Source of the DNA: an uncultured Planctomycetaceae bacterium | Lineage (GTDB): Bacteria; Planctomycetota; Planctomycetia; Pirellulales; UBA1268 | Assembly: GCA_963923225.1 (NCBI GenBank) | Contig: CAWUOA010000001.1 | Span: forward strand, 1 to 44,861 | Length of the DNA: 44,861 nucleotides | Direction of reading: 5' to 3' | Notes under the pieces: generated by a model | What the model saw: the letters and a program-made list of their open reading frames with translations, nothing else | Told to the model about the DNA's origin: nothing | The model's database searches: none | Part shown: in pieces, positions 8,394-17,681 of the stretch | Layout of the letters: every line of letters starts with the position of its first letter | Numbering within the stretch: position 1 is the first letter of the stretch | Made by a program: the position numbers and the translations under genes

Positions 8394-10109
8394 ATGCGGG
8401 CCGTCGTCCACGCCATCGCCTCGGCAGCCCTGGTGGCCGCTGCGGCCGGACCATGCGCGGCGCCTCTCCGTGCCGTGGCGGCCGACCCGGCCCCGACCAG
8501 GGTCTTCCTCTTCGCCGGCCAGTCGAACATGGTCGGCGCCGACGTCGACCAAGCGCGGATCGACGACTATCCCGAGTTCGTCGGTGCGGGAGCGCCGCAG
8601 GAGGACGTGCGCTTCGCCTTCCTGCCGGAGGGGGAGAACGGCGACGGGGACTGGGGGCCGCTCCGGCCGCTGCGGTCCTTCGGCCCCGAGCTGACCTTCG
8701 CCCGCCGTCTGAAGAGCCATGGCATCGGTCCGCTGGCGATCGTCAAGTCGGCGGTGGGGGGCACGACCGTGGCCTTCGACTGGAACCCGGACGCCCCCGA
8801 GCGGGGGCAGAAGCTGTATCCGCGCACGCTGGCCCTCCTGAAGCGGGCGCTCGCCGATCTCGACGCCCGCGGGGTGGCCTACCGACTCGAGGGAGTCGTG
8901 TGGCACCAGGGGGAGAACGACATGCTCGACCGGGCGCTCTGCCCCCGGTACGCCGAGGGGCTCGACGCGCTCGTCGGACGGCTGCGGGCCGATCTCGGCG
9001 CGCCGGAGCTGAAGTGGTATCTCGCCGAGGTGAGCGAGAAGGGGATCTGGGGGATGGACCATCGCGGCCCGCTCGGCCTCTTCCGCAGGGAGCAGGAGAA
9101 GGTCCTCCGCGCCGACCCGCTCACCCGCTTCGTGCCCACCTCGCACCTGGCCTTCGAGGTGATGGGAAGCGGCCAGCCCCACTACCACTTCGGCACCCAG
9201 GGCCAGCTCCAGCTCGGCGAGGCCTGTGCCGACGCCTACCTCCGCGAGGTTGGCGCCTTGCAGCCGCCGCCCGAGCGGCGCTTCCCCGACGGGATGCCGC
9301 CCGCGGCCGGCGCCCGCGTGAGGCTCTTCGTCCTCGCGGGCCAGCGCTCCATGGAGGGGGAGGACGCGCACGTCGCCGAGATCGTGGCGGACGAGCGATT
9401 CGCCGCGCTCGGCCAGGACCGCAGCGACGTGCTCTTCCGCTATTCGCTCGGCGGCGGGGTTCGGGCCTCGTGCGACTGGGAGCCGCTGGGGCCGGTCGGA
9501 TTCCTCGGCAGCTTCGGCCCCGAGCTCTCCTTCGGCGCTCGCCTCCGCGCGGCCACCGACCCCGACGTCGGCGTGGCGATCGTGAAGTTCACGCACAGCG
9601 GCGCCCAGTCGCCCGACTGGTCGCCCGAAGGGTCGGAGGAGGCGCACCGGGATCTCTACCGCCGCTTCGTCCGGTTCGTCCGCGACGCGCGCGACGATCT
9701 CGTCCGCCGCGGATGCGACGTCCGGCTGGAGGGGATCGCCTGGACCGCCGGCGAGAACGACGCCTTCTTCGGCCCATACGTGAAGAACCTCCCCGTCGCC
9801 ATGCGCCGGCTCGTCGAGGCGACCCGGGCCGACCTGGGTGAGCCCGGGCTGCCGTGGGTCATCGCGGCCCACCACGATCGGGCCCCGTGGGGAAACGTGG
9901 CGGCCGTGAACGCCGATCTCGCCGCCCTGGCGGAGGCCCTGCCGGGGGTCGTCGTCGTGGAGACCTCGGATCTGCCCTACCTCCGAGCCTGGTACGGCAC
10001 GGCGGGGACGCTGCGTCTGGGCGACTCGCTCGCCGGGGCGTTCGAGAAACGGGCGGAGCGGGCGGCCGAGGAGGGGAGCGCCGCGGAATCGGGCGCCCCG
10101 CGGCGGTGA
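8394..10109 (+). CDS. secreted tandem-domain sialate-O-acetylesterase-like (SASA / SGNH-type) carbohydrate esterase
   Basis: ATG 8394 with AGGAG at 8381-8385, followed by a signal peptide. Domain 1 has FLFAGQSNMVG (GQSNM at 8517-8531) and HYHFGTQG. Domain 2 is a clear internal duplicate (LFVLAGQRSMEG, GQRSM at 9339-9353; both share GPELxFxxRL and EGxxWxxGEND). Confidence 0.8.
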   Translation: MRAVVHAIASAALVAAAAGPCAAPLRAVAADPAPTRVFLFAGQSNMVGADVDQARIDDYPEFVGAGAPQEDVRFAFLPEGENGDGDWGPLRPLRSFGPELTFARRLKSHGIGPLAIVKSAVGGTTVAFDWNPDAPERGQKLYPRTLALLKRALADLDARGVAYRLEGVVWHQGENDMLDRALCPRYAEGLDALVGRLRADLGAPELKWYLAEVSEKGIWGMDHRGPLGLFRREQEKVLRADPLTRFVPTSHLAFEVMGSGQPHYHFGTQGQLQLGEACADAYLREVGALQPPPERRFPDGMPPAAGARVRLFVLAGQRSMEGEDAHVAEIVADERFAALGQDRSDVLFRYSLGGGVRASCDWEPLGPVGFLGSFGPELSFGARLRAATDPDVGVAIVKFTHSGAQSPDWSPEGSEEAHRDLYRRFVRFVRDARDDLVRRGCDVRLEGIAWTAGENDAFFGPYVKNLPVAMRRLVEATRADLGEPGLPWVIAAHHDRAPWGNVAAVNADLAALAEALPGVVVVETSDLPYLRAWYGTAGTLRLGDSLAGAFEKRAERAAEEGSAAESGAPRR

Positions 10110-10119
10110 GCCGCGCCGA

Positions 10120-11460
10120 TCAGATCTCCGCCAGGCGGCCGGTGCTGTCGCCGAGCTTGTCGGTCGGGCAGCCGAGGCCGGCGAGCATCGCGAGGTAGAG
10201 GTTCGTCAGCGGCGTGTTCTTCTCGTGGACGACGTGCCGGCCCTGCTTCACCGCCCCGCCGCCGCCGCCGGCCAGGAGGATCGGCAGGTCGTTGTGGTTG
10301 TGGCGGTTGCCGTCGCCGATGCCGCTGCCGTAGACGAGCATGCAGCGGTCGAGGAGCGAGCTCTCCCCCTCGCGCGTGGCGTCGAGCTTCTCGAGGAGGT
10401 AGGCCAGCTGCTCCACGTGGAAGCGGTTGATCCTCTGGATCTTCGCCTGCTTGGCCGCGTCGTTGCCGTGGTGCGAGAGGTCGTGGTGCCCCTCCGGGAC
10501 GTCGATGAAGGCGTAGCTCTTGTTGCTGCCTTCGTTCGCGAACACGAAGGTCGAGACGCGCGTCGTGTCGGTGAGGAAGGCCAGGACGAGCATGTCGGCG
10601 AGCAAGCGGAGATGGTCGCGGTACAGCTCCGGCGGGCCCTCCGGCCGCGCCATGCCGAGGTCGCGCTGCGACGAGGCCGACGAGAAGCGTTCGAGCCGCA
10701 CCTCGAGCTCGCGGACGGCGGTGAAGTATTCGTCGAGCTTCCGCCGGTCGGCGGTGCCCACGACGCGGTCCATCCCCCGGGCCTCCTCGCGGACGTAGTC
10801 GAGGATGCTCCGCGACCGCTTCTCGCGCTTCAGACGCGCCTCCTCGGTCTCGCCCGGACGGCCGGCGGCGAAGAGGCGGTCGAAGACGAGGCGCGGGTCG
10901 CTCTCCTTGGGCACCGACTGCGTGTCGCTGCGCCAGGCGATGTTCGAGGAGTAGACGCAGCTGTAGCCGGAGTCGCAGTTGCCCGACTGCCCGCCCCCCT
11001 CGGAGCCGATCTCGAGGGACGGCAGCCGCGTGCGGCGGCCGAGCCAGGAGGCGGCGAGCTGGTCGACCGAGACGCCGGCCCGGATGTCGGCGCCGGCCGT
11101 CTTCCGCGCCTGGACGCCGGTGAGGAACGTGGCCAGGGCCCGGGCATGGTCGCCGGGGCCGTCGCCGTTGGCCTCGGCCTTGCGCTGCGCGAGACCGGTG
11201 TGGATCGAGAACTTGCCGTACAGCCCGCACAACGGCTCGAGCGTCGGGGGGAGGTCGAAGCCGGCCCCCGCCTGCTTCGGCGTCCAGTCGGCCATGTGCA
11301 CGCCGTTGGGCACGTAGAGGAACGCAGCCCGCAGCGGCGCCGCGTCGGCGGCCTCGGCGGCCGTGGCGGCTCCTGCCGGGAGCATGCAGTCGAGCAGCGG
11401 CAGGGCGATCGCGGTGCCGGCACCGCGGAGGAGCGTCCGACGCGAGAGGGGCGTGGTCAT
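10120..11460 (-). CDS. DUF1552-type protein with a twin-arginine signal (Planctomycete paralog family)
   Basis: 446 aa. The N-terminus MTTPLSRRTLLRGAGTAIALPLL is Tat-like. The overall sequence (FLYVPNGV..., HHDLSHHGND, GDGNRHNHNDLP) matches my recollection of the DUF1552 family, which pairs with DUF1592-type genes. GGAGG sits 5 nt upstream of ATG 11460. Confidence 0.8.
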   Translation of the reverse strand: MTTPLSRRTLLRGAGTAIALPLLDCMLPAGAATAAEAADAAPLRAAFLYVPNGVHMADWTPKQAGAGFDLPPTLEPLCGLYGKFSIHTGLAQRKAEANGDGPGDHARALATFLTGVQARKTAGADIRAGVSVDQLAASWLGRRTRLPSLEIGSEGGGQSGNCDSGYSCVYSSNIAWRSDTQSVPKESDPRLVFDRLFAAGRPGETEEARLKREKRSRSILDYVREEARGMDRVVGTADRRKLDEYFTAVRELEVRLERFSSASSQRDLGMARPEGPPELYRDHLRLLADMLVLAFLTDTTRVSTFVFANEGSNKSYAFIDVPEGHHDLSHHGNDAAKQAKIQRINRFHVEQLAYLLEKLDATREGESSLLDRCMLVYGSGIGDGNRHNHNDLPILLAGGGGGAVKQGRHVVHEKNTPLTNLYLAMLAGLGCPTDKLGDSTGRLAEI

Positions 11461-11651
11461 CGAAGCCTCCAGGAGGGGCGACTGCCCCGGTCATGTCGGT
11501 CAATCGTCGGTCGCCCCGCCGCGGGAGTCAATTCCTCACCCGCGACCGAGGGCCCCTCTCCTCCATCGGCGGGAATCCCGCCCCGGCGCCAATCGAGGGG
11601 GCGGAAATGGCCGAAAGGGCGGCTTTTCCGGTCCGCCGGGGACGGAAATGG

Positions 11652-13970
11652 TCAACGGGCCGATTCCGACTCCCGCTCCCGGAAAGCGGGGCTCGTCACG
11701 ATCTGCTCCACCACCGCGGAGAACCGGTCCCCGGCCGCCTCCGTCGCCGAGGCGATCCGCTCCACCGCGCAGGCGTCGTAGTACTCGAGCCCGCGGCCGA
11801 GGGCGTAGACCAGGAGCTTCTCGGCGAAGCAACGGCGGAACTCCCCCGCCCGCGAGAGGAGGATCGCGCGCAGCTCCGCCGGACCGGCGAAGGTGCGGCC
11901 GTCGGGGAGCTCGCCCGAGGGATCGATCGGGGCCCCCTCCTCCTCGCTCCGCCAGGCGCCGACGGCGTCGAAGTTCTCCAGGCCGAAGCCGATCGGGTCC
12001 ATCAGCTTGTGGCAGGCGGCGCAGGAAGGATTGCTGCGGTGCTCCTCCATCCGCTGGCGGAGCGTGCCCTTGAGCGCCTCGCCCGACGCAGGCAGCTCGG
12101 GGACGTTCGGCGGCGCCGCCGGCGGCGGGGCGGCGAGGAGATTCTCGAGCACCCAGCGGCCGCGCTTCACGGGGCTGGTGCGCGTGGGATTGCTCGTCAC
12201 CGCGAGGATGCTCGCCTGCCCGAGGAGGCCGCCGCGCTGCCGGCGGTCGACCGCCACGCGGCGGAACTCCGGACCGCTCACCCCCTCGATCCCGTAATGC
12301 TTCGCCAGCCGCTCGTCGACGAAGGTGGAGTCGGCGTCGAGGAACTCGAGGATGCTGCGGTCCTCGCGGACGATTCCCCGGAAGAACTCCTCCGTCTCGC
12401 GCCGCATCGCCGTGCGGAGGGCGTCGTCGAAGCCGGGGAAGCGGCCGCGATCGGGGGAGAACGAGGCGAGCGACCGGAGCTGGAGCCACTGCCCGGCGAA
12501 GTTGTCGACCAGGGCCCGCGCTTTGTCGTCGCGGAGCATGCGCCGGGCCTGCGCCACGAGCTGCTCGTCGGTGTGCACCTCGCCCCGGTCGGCGGCGGCG
12601 GCGAGCTCGTCGTCGGGGAGGCTGCTCCAGAGGAAGAAGGAGAGCCGCGCCGCGAGCTCGTGGTCGCTCAAGCGGCGGACCTCGCCCGCCGGGGGATCGG
12701 CCTCGACGAGGAACAGGAACGACGGCGACACGAGCATCGCCGTCACCGCCCCCCGCATCGCCCGCTCGATCGTGTCGCCGTCGGCCCGCGCCGCGGCGTA
12801 GATCGAGGCCAGCCGCTCCGTCTCGGCGTCGGTGGCAGGGCGGCGGAAGGCACGGGAGGCGAGCGCCCGCAGGTTCCGCGCCGCCAGGTCGCGCTCCGCG
12901 GCGGGCTCGAGCCCCGACGGGATCGGCGTGGCGAAGACGCGACGGTGGCTCGGCGGCAGCGCCGCATCGACGATCCCCAGCGGACCGATCACCTCCAGCG
13001 CCGCCACGTGGAGGTTGCGATCGCGGGCCTTGGGGTTCTCGGCGGCGGGGTCGTAGAAGTCGTTGAGGAAGGCGGCGGCGAAGCGCCGTTTCCCGGCCTG
13101 CACCCGGAAGGGGAAATCGTGGCTCTTCGGGCGTCGGGCCCGGTCAGGCACGTCCACGACGTGCTCCTCGCGGCCGTCGATGCGGAACCCCATCCGCACC
13201 GGATCGGGCCCCGCCTGGTCGCCGGAGGCGCGGATGCGGAAGACGTATTCGCCGTCGACGGGGAAGTCGAAGTCCTGCCCGATCTCGCCTTGCGAGGCGA
13301 GCGTGCCGCCGGGGGCCGTCTTCACCGGCGCGTCCTCGGGCTCGCCCGTGCTGATCGCCGCGCGGGCCACCTTCTCCGCCGCGTCGAGCGCCCGCTCGAA
13401 GAGCACCGGCGGCATGGAGAGGACGTCGCCGATGTTGTCGAAGCCGTAGCCGACGTCGTCGCTGGGGAAGTCGGCGGCGGCACGGATCTCGACGCCGAGG
13501 AGATCGCGGATCGTGTTGTCGTACTCGGCGCGGTTGAGCCGCCGCAGCGTCACCCGCCCCGGCCGCTCCCCCTGCGAACAATCGGGGGTCAGCACCACCT
13601 CGTGGATCCACGCGATGAGCCGCTTCCGCGCGTCGTCGGGAAGCGGCTCGGCGTCGGCCGGCGGCATCACTCCCCCCTCGAGCTGACGCATGACGCGCAC
13701 CCAGGTCGCCCGATCGGTGGTCTTCGCCGCCTCGAGCCGGCGGTCGTCGAGCGTCACCCCCGCCTCGGCCATGTCGCCGGCATGGCAGGCCGAGCAGTGG
13801 GCGGCCAGGAGCGGCCGGATGTCGTGCTCCCAGGCGGCGGCGTCGTCCTCGGACGGCGGCAGCGCGCGAGCCACACCACCGGCCCCCGACACGAGCGTGA
13901 GCAGGGCCGAGACGATCGCGTGCAGGCGAGGACGCCGCCGGTCGACGGCGGACGGGGAGATCGGGTGCAT
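11652..13970 (-). CDS. DUF1592/DUF1588/DUF1585-type multidomain protein with two CxxCH heme-binding motifs
   Basis: The track ORF reaches GTG 14129. I prefer ATG 13970, which gives a signal-like N-terminus (MHPISPSAVDRRRPRLHAIVSALLTLVSGAGG). CSACH is encoded at 13782-13796 and CAACH at 12010-12024 (read on the minus strand). It lies immediately upstream of the DUF1552 gene. Confidence 0.8.
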   Translation of the reverse strand: MHPISPSAVDRRRPRLHAIVSALLTLVSGAGGVARALPPSEDDAAAWEHDIRPLLAAHCSACHAGDMAEAGVTLDDRRLEAAKTTDRATWVRVMRQLEGGVMPPADAEPLPDDARKRLIAWIHEVVLTPDCSQGERPGRVTLRRLNRAEYDNTIRDLLGVEIRAAADFPSDDVGYGFDNIGDVLSMPPVLFERALDAAEKVARAAISTGEPEDAPVKTAPGGTLASQGEIGQDFDFPVDGEYVFRIRASGDQAGPDPVRMGFRIDGREEHVVDVPDRARRPKSHDFPFRVQAGKRRFAAAFLNDFYDPAAENPKARDRNLHVAALEVIGPLGIVDAALPPSHRRVFATPIPSGLEPAAERDLAARNLRALASRAFRRPATDAETERLASIYAAARADGDTIERAMRGAVTAMLVSPSFLFLVEADPPAGEVRRLSDHELAARLSFFLWSSLPDDELAAAADRGEVHTDEQLVAQARRMLRDDKARALVDNFAGQWLQLRSLASFSPDRGRFPGFDDALRTAMRRETEEFFRGIVREDRSILEFLDADSTFVDERLAKHYGIEGVSGPEFRRVAVDRRQRGGLLGQASILAVTSNPTRTSPVKRGRWVLENLLAAPPPAAPPNVPELPASGEALKGTLRQRMEEHRSNPSCAACHKLMDPIGFGLENFDAVGAWRSEEEGAPIDPSGELPDGRTFAGPAELRAILLSRAGEFRRCFAEKLLVYALGRGLEYYDACAVERIASATEAAGDRFSAVVEQIVTSPAFRERESESAR

Positions 13971-14209
13971 GACGTTGCTGGTCCGGGCGGGGTGCGTCTC
14001 GGGGAGGATCTGCGGCCGGAAGCCCGCTGGAAGAGGGCCGGTCGGCGCCCTTGTCGGCAGGAGGGATGGCTTGCCGGTGGAGATCGCGACCACCCCCGCG
14101 CCCGGAGGCGGCCACGTCGCCCGTGCCACTCGATCGTATCGTCAAACCGGTCGAACCCGTACCTGCCGCCTCCGATCGGTCGCGTCCCCAGCCCCGTCGG
14201 GCGTCCGAT

Positions 14210-15067
14210 TCAACGCCGGAAAGCGGTTCGACCGGCCGGGGCCCCGCGCCGGCAGATCGTCAGCTCGCCGTGGCGGACCATCTCGAACCCACGTCCGGCC
14301 ATCGCGCGGTGAAACACGTCGCTCGCCCTGCCGAAGGGGCCGTCGTCGTGGAGTTCGATGGCGATGGCATCGACCCTGTCGAGCCAGTCGAGGTCGGCCC
14401 CGAACACGACCGCCTCGGCGCCTTCGATGTCCATCTTCAATAACGACACCCGTTCGGCGCCGGACGACTCCAGCAGCGAGGCGATGCTCCGACCGAGGAA
14501 GTCGGGCTCCTCGTCGGCGTCTGCGGGGCGCACCTGAATCGCCCACTCGCGGCCGTCACGGTACCGCTCCCGACGGATCTTCAGCGGCACGTCGCGGGAC
14601 CACACGCCGGCCCGGACGGCCTGCACACGGTCGCCGAACGGGAGGAGGTTCCGTTCGAGTACGGCGAAGTTCCCGGCGTCGGGCTCCACGGCGGCGACCC
14701 GACAGGAGGGAAAACGGGAGAGGAAATAGGCCGAGGAGTACCCGACGTTGGCCCCGCAATCGATCACCAGGCCGACGTCTTCCAGGTCATCCAGCGGGGC
14801 GTACTCGCGATCGACGAAGATCTGGCGGAGGACGTCGAGATCGGACGCGCCGACCCGGTAGACGAGGCCGTGTTTCGACCCTCGTGGTGCGACGCGACAG
14901 AGCGTCCCCCGCTGCTTCGTCCGCGTGCGGAGCATCAGCCCCAGCCCGCCGGCGATGCCGACCTCCGCGAACAGCCGCCGCTGCCGCGACCAGGCCGCGC
15001 GCCACTCACGGACGGTGTGCGGAACGCATCTCCGCGCCCACCGGAGCACCCATTCCTTCGTCGGCAT
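14210..15067 (-). CDS. FkbM-family SAM-dependent methyltransferase
   Basis: 285 aa. VIDCGANVGYSSAYF (SAM-binding DxGAxxG) and LLKMDIEGAE are hallmark FkbM-family motifs. Confidence 0.85.
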   Translation of the reverse strand: MPTKEWVLRWARRCVPHTVREWRAAWSRQRRLFAEVGIAGGLGLMLRTRTKQRGTLCRVAPRGSKHGLVYRVGASDLDVLRQIFVDREYAPLDDLEDVGLVIDCGANVGYSSAYFLSRFPSCRVAAVEPDAGNFAVLERNLLPFGDRVQAVRAGVWSRDVPLKIRRERYRDGREWAIQVRPADADEEPDFLGRSIASLLESSGAERVSLLKMDIEGAEAVVFGADLDWLDRVDAIAIELHDDGPFGRASDVFHRAMAGRGFEMVRHGELTICRRGAPAGRTAFRR

Positions 15068-15133
15068 GCCTCTTGTTCCCCGTCATCGACCACTGCCCGA
15101 GACCGACGCCGCGGATCGTGGCCCTCGGAGCCG

Positions 15134-16342
15134 TCATCGCCCGGAGGGCGGCCGGCGTCGACGACCGTCGCCGACTCCGCCGGGACCTCCCGAGCGTGAG
15201 GCCAGCGCCGCGATCCGCCGCCCCGGCGCCGTCATCGCCAGCGACCCGAGCCGTGACCACTCGATCCAGCGCCGCCCCGCGCGACGGCCCCCCGCGGCGG
15301 CGGCCTCGGCGACCGCCACCTCCACGCGCACGCGGTGGTGCGTGACGGAGTAGGTCACGACGCCCGCCTTCTTCGGTCGGCCCGGCCGGAGCGCCTCGAG
15401 GCCGGCGGAGTCCTCCGCGCGGGGAAAGTCCCACAGGCCCTCCCACCATTCCCCCGGTCCGCGGCGCACCACGAGCACCTTCGTGCCGCGCCGCAGGACC
15501 AGCGCCGTCTCGCTCCGCTCCTCGGTCGCGCGCTTGGCGGCCATCGCCGGGATCGATGCCACGCGGCCCGTGGCGAGGGCCTGGCAGCAGGATGCCACGG
15601 GGCAGCGCGGGCAGGCGGGCGCACGCGGCGTGCAGACGATCGCCCCCAGATCCATCAGCGCCTGGTTCCAGTCGCCGGGCGAGTCGGGGGGCAACAGCGC
15701 CGCGGCGATCTCCCACACCGGCCCGTCGGCGGAGGTGCCGGAGAGCGTCGCCCCGTAGCCGGCCAGCCGCGCCAGGACGCGTCGGGAGTTCGCCTCCACC
15801 ACCGGGAAGGGCCGGCCGAAGGCGATCGAGAGAATCGCCGCGGCGGTGTACCGGCCGATGCCCGGCAGCGCACGGAGCGGCGCCTCCGCATCGGGCAGTC
15901 GTCCGCCGTGGTCCGCGACGATCCTCCGGGCCGCGGCGTGCAGTTGGCGGGCGCGGCGGTAATACCCGAGACCCTCCCAGAGGCGGAGCACGTCGGCCTC
16001 GGGGGCCGCGGCGAGCGCCTCCACCGTGGGGAAGCGGGCGAGGAACCGCGTGAAATAGTCGACGACGCGATCGACCTGCGTCTGCTGGAGCATCGTCTCG
16101 CTGACCCAGGTGCGGTACGCCTCGGGGCGACGGCGCCAGGGGAGATCGCGTCCCACCCGGGCGAACCACCGGAGAAGGTCGGCGTGGAGCCGGGGGAGGG
16201 ATTCGCGAAGCGCCGGCGGCACGAGCGCCCCGGTGGCGGGGGGGGACGCCTGCCCGGAACGCCCGGCCCGCGCGGTCGCCGTGCCGCGGGATGTCCGGCG
16301 CGGGCGGTTTGTCGATGCCACCTTCGCCATGCCCCTTGCCAA
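15134..16342 (-). CDS. mutY: A/G-specific adenine DNA glycosylase
   Basis: DLPWRR...YRTWVSETMLQQTQV, LGYYRRAR, the Fe-S cluster cysteines (CTPRAPACPRCP...C) and a C-terminal NUDIX-like domain. TTG at 16342 is the track start; ATG 16330 is an equally plausible start. Confidence 0.9.
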   Translation of the reverse strand: MARGMAKVASTNRPRRTSRGTATARAGRSGQASPPATGALVPPALRESLPRLHADLLRWFARVGRDLPWRRRPEAYRTWVSETMLQQTQVDRVVDYFTRFLARFPTVEALAAAPEADVLRLWEGLGYYRRARQLHAAARRIVADHGGRLPDAEAPLRALPGIGRYTAAAILSIAFGRPFPVVEANSRRVLARLAGYGATLSGTSADGPVWEIAAALLPPDSPGDWNQALMDLGAIVCTPRAPACPRCPVASCCQALATGRVASIPAMAAKRATEERSETALVLRRGTKVLVVRRGPGEWWEGLWDFPRAEDSAGLEALRPGRPKKAGVVTYSVTHHRVRVEVAVAEAAAAGGRRAGRRWIEWSRLGSLAMTAPGRRIAALASRSGGPGGVGDGRRRRPPSGR

Positions 16343-16449
16343 TCGCTGCGGGATCGTTTCCCATCCATCCGTCGTCCGGCCGGGGGTGAGTCTAGCCCCG
16401 GGGACGCGAACGACGAGTTCGGCCGGTCGACCCCGGCCCGGAGCGAGCG

Positions 16450-17040
16450 ATGGGCGACGACCGACGACCCGACGACGGCCCGCGCGGCAAACCGCGCCGC
16501 CAGCGCGAGCGTCTCCGCGTCGCGCGGCGCACCGCGACGATCGCCGCGGAGGGCGACGTCGTGGCGCTCCCCACCCAGGCGGCGCCGTCGTGGGAGTTCG
16601 TCCATCCGCGCTGTGCGCGGAAGCGGCGCGAGGACATCGAGGAGGTGGAGGCGATGCTCGAGGCGGGGGAGATCGACGTGGCCCGCGAGGAGCTCGTGTG
16701 GCTCCTCTCGGAGTGCCCCGACTTCCTCGAGGGGCATCTCCAACTGGGCCTGCTCGCGCTCGAGGAGGACGACCCGAAGCTCGCCCGCGGCCACTTCGGC
16801 CGCGCCGTGGAGCTCGGCTTCAAGGCGCTCGAGGAGGCCGGCCAGCCGCGACCGCTCCCCGCGTCGCTCCCGGGCAACCGGGTGTTCTTCGAGGCGGCCA
16901 AGGGGCTCGTCCACGCGCTGGTGGAGTCGGGAAAGCGGGGGATGGCGGCCGACACCGCGAAGCGCGTGGTGGCCCTCGATCCGGCGGACCCGCTCGGCAT
17001 CGCCGCGGTGGCCGCGGGCAAGGGGGGAGACCGTGGCTGA
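16450..17040 (+). CDS. hypothetical protein with a basic disordered N-terminus and a helical repeat (TPR-like) body
   Basis: 196-aa ORF from ATG 16450. Its stop (17038-17040) overlaps the GTG start of tmk. Amphipathic helices include EEVEAMLEAGEIDVAREELVWLL and HLQLGLLALEEDD. Confidence 0.55.
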   Translation: MGDDRRPDDGPRGKPRRQRERLRVARRTATIAAEGDVVALPTQAAPSWEFVHPRCARKRREDIEEVEAMLEAGEIDVAREELVWLLSECPDFLEGHLQLGLLALEEDDPKLARGHFGRAVELGFKALEEAGQPRPLPASLPGNRVFFEAAKGLVHALVESGKRGMAADTAKRVVALDPADPLGIAAVAAGKGGDRG

Positions 17041-17659
17041 CGCGCCGGGACGGTTCATCGTCCTCGAGGGGATCGACGGATCGGGGAAGTCGTCGCAGGT
17101 CGCGACGGTGGCGGCCCTGCTCCGCGAGCGGGGCCACGAGGTGGTGACCTGCCGCGATCCCGGCGCCACCGCGGCCGGCGACGCGGTCCGCCAGATCCTC
17201 CTCCACCGCGTGGAGATCCCGCTGGCGCCGACGACGGAGATGCTCCTCTACATGGCCGCGCGGGCGCAGCTCGTCGCCGAGGTGATCGCGCCGGCGCTGG
17301 CACGCGGCGCGTGGGTGGTATCGGACCGCTTCCTTCCGGCCAACGTCGTCTACCAGGGCCACGCCGGCTCGATCGACCCGGAGGCGATCCGCGCGGTCGG
17401 GAGGATCGCGACAGGCGGAATCGCCCCCGATCTGGTGATCCTTCTCGACGTCGACGTGGCGGTGGCGGCGACGCGGATGGACCACCGCCCGCTCGACCGC
17501 CTCGAGAGCCGGGGGGACGATTACCGGCGCCGGCTCCGCGAGGGCTATCTCCTCGAGGCGGCGGCCGACCCGACGCGCTTCGCGGTGATCGACGCCACCC
17601 CCGACCGGGCGACGGTGGAGCGACGGATCCGTGCCGTGGTGGCGGATCGTCTCGGCTGA
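17033..17659 (+). CDS. tmk: thymidylate kinase
   Basis: GTG 17033 gives VADAPGRFIVLEGIDGSGKSSQ (P-loop), then RDPG...G..IR and DRF..A...YQG motifs. The track shows it only as the tail of the run-on ORF 15335-17659. Confidence 0.9.
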   Translation: MADAPGRFIVLEGIDGSGKSSQVATVAALLRERGHEVVTCRDPGATAAGDAVRQILLHRVEIPLAPTTEMLLYMAARAQLVAEVIAPALARGAWVVSDRFLPANVVYQGHAGSIDPEAIRAVGRIATGGIAPDLVILLDVDVAVAATRMDHRPLDRLESRGDDYRRRLREGYLLEAAADPTRFAVIDATPDRATVERRIRAVVADRLG

Positions 17660-17681
17660 CCCCGCCCCGGAGACACGCGCC

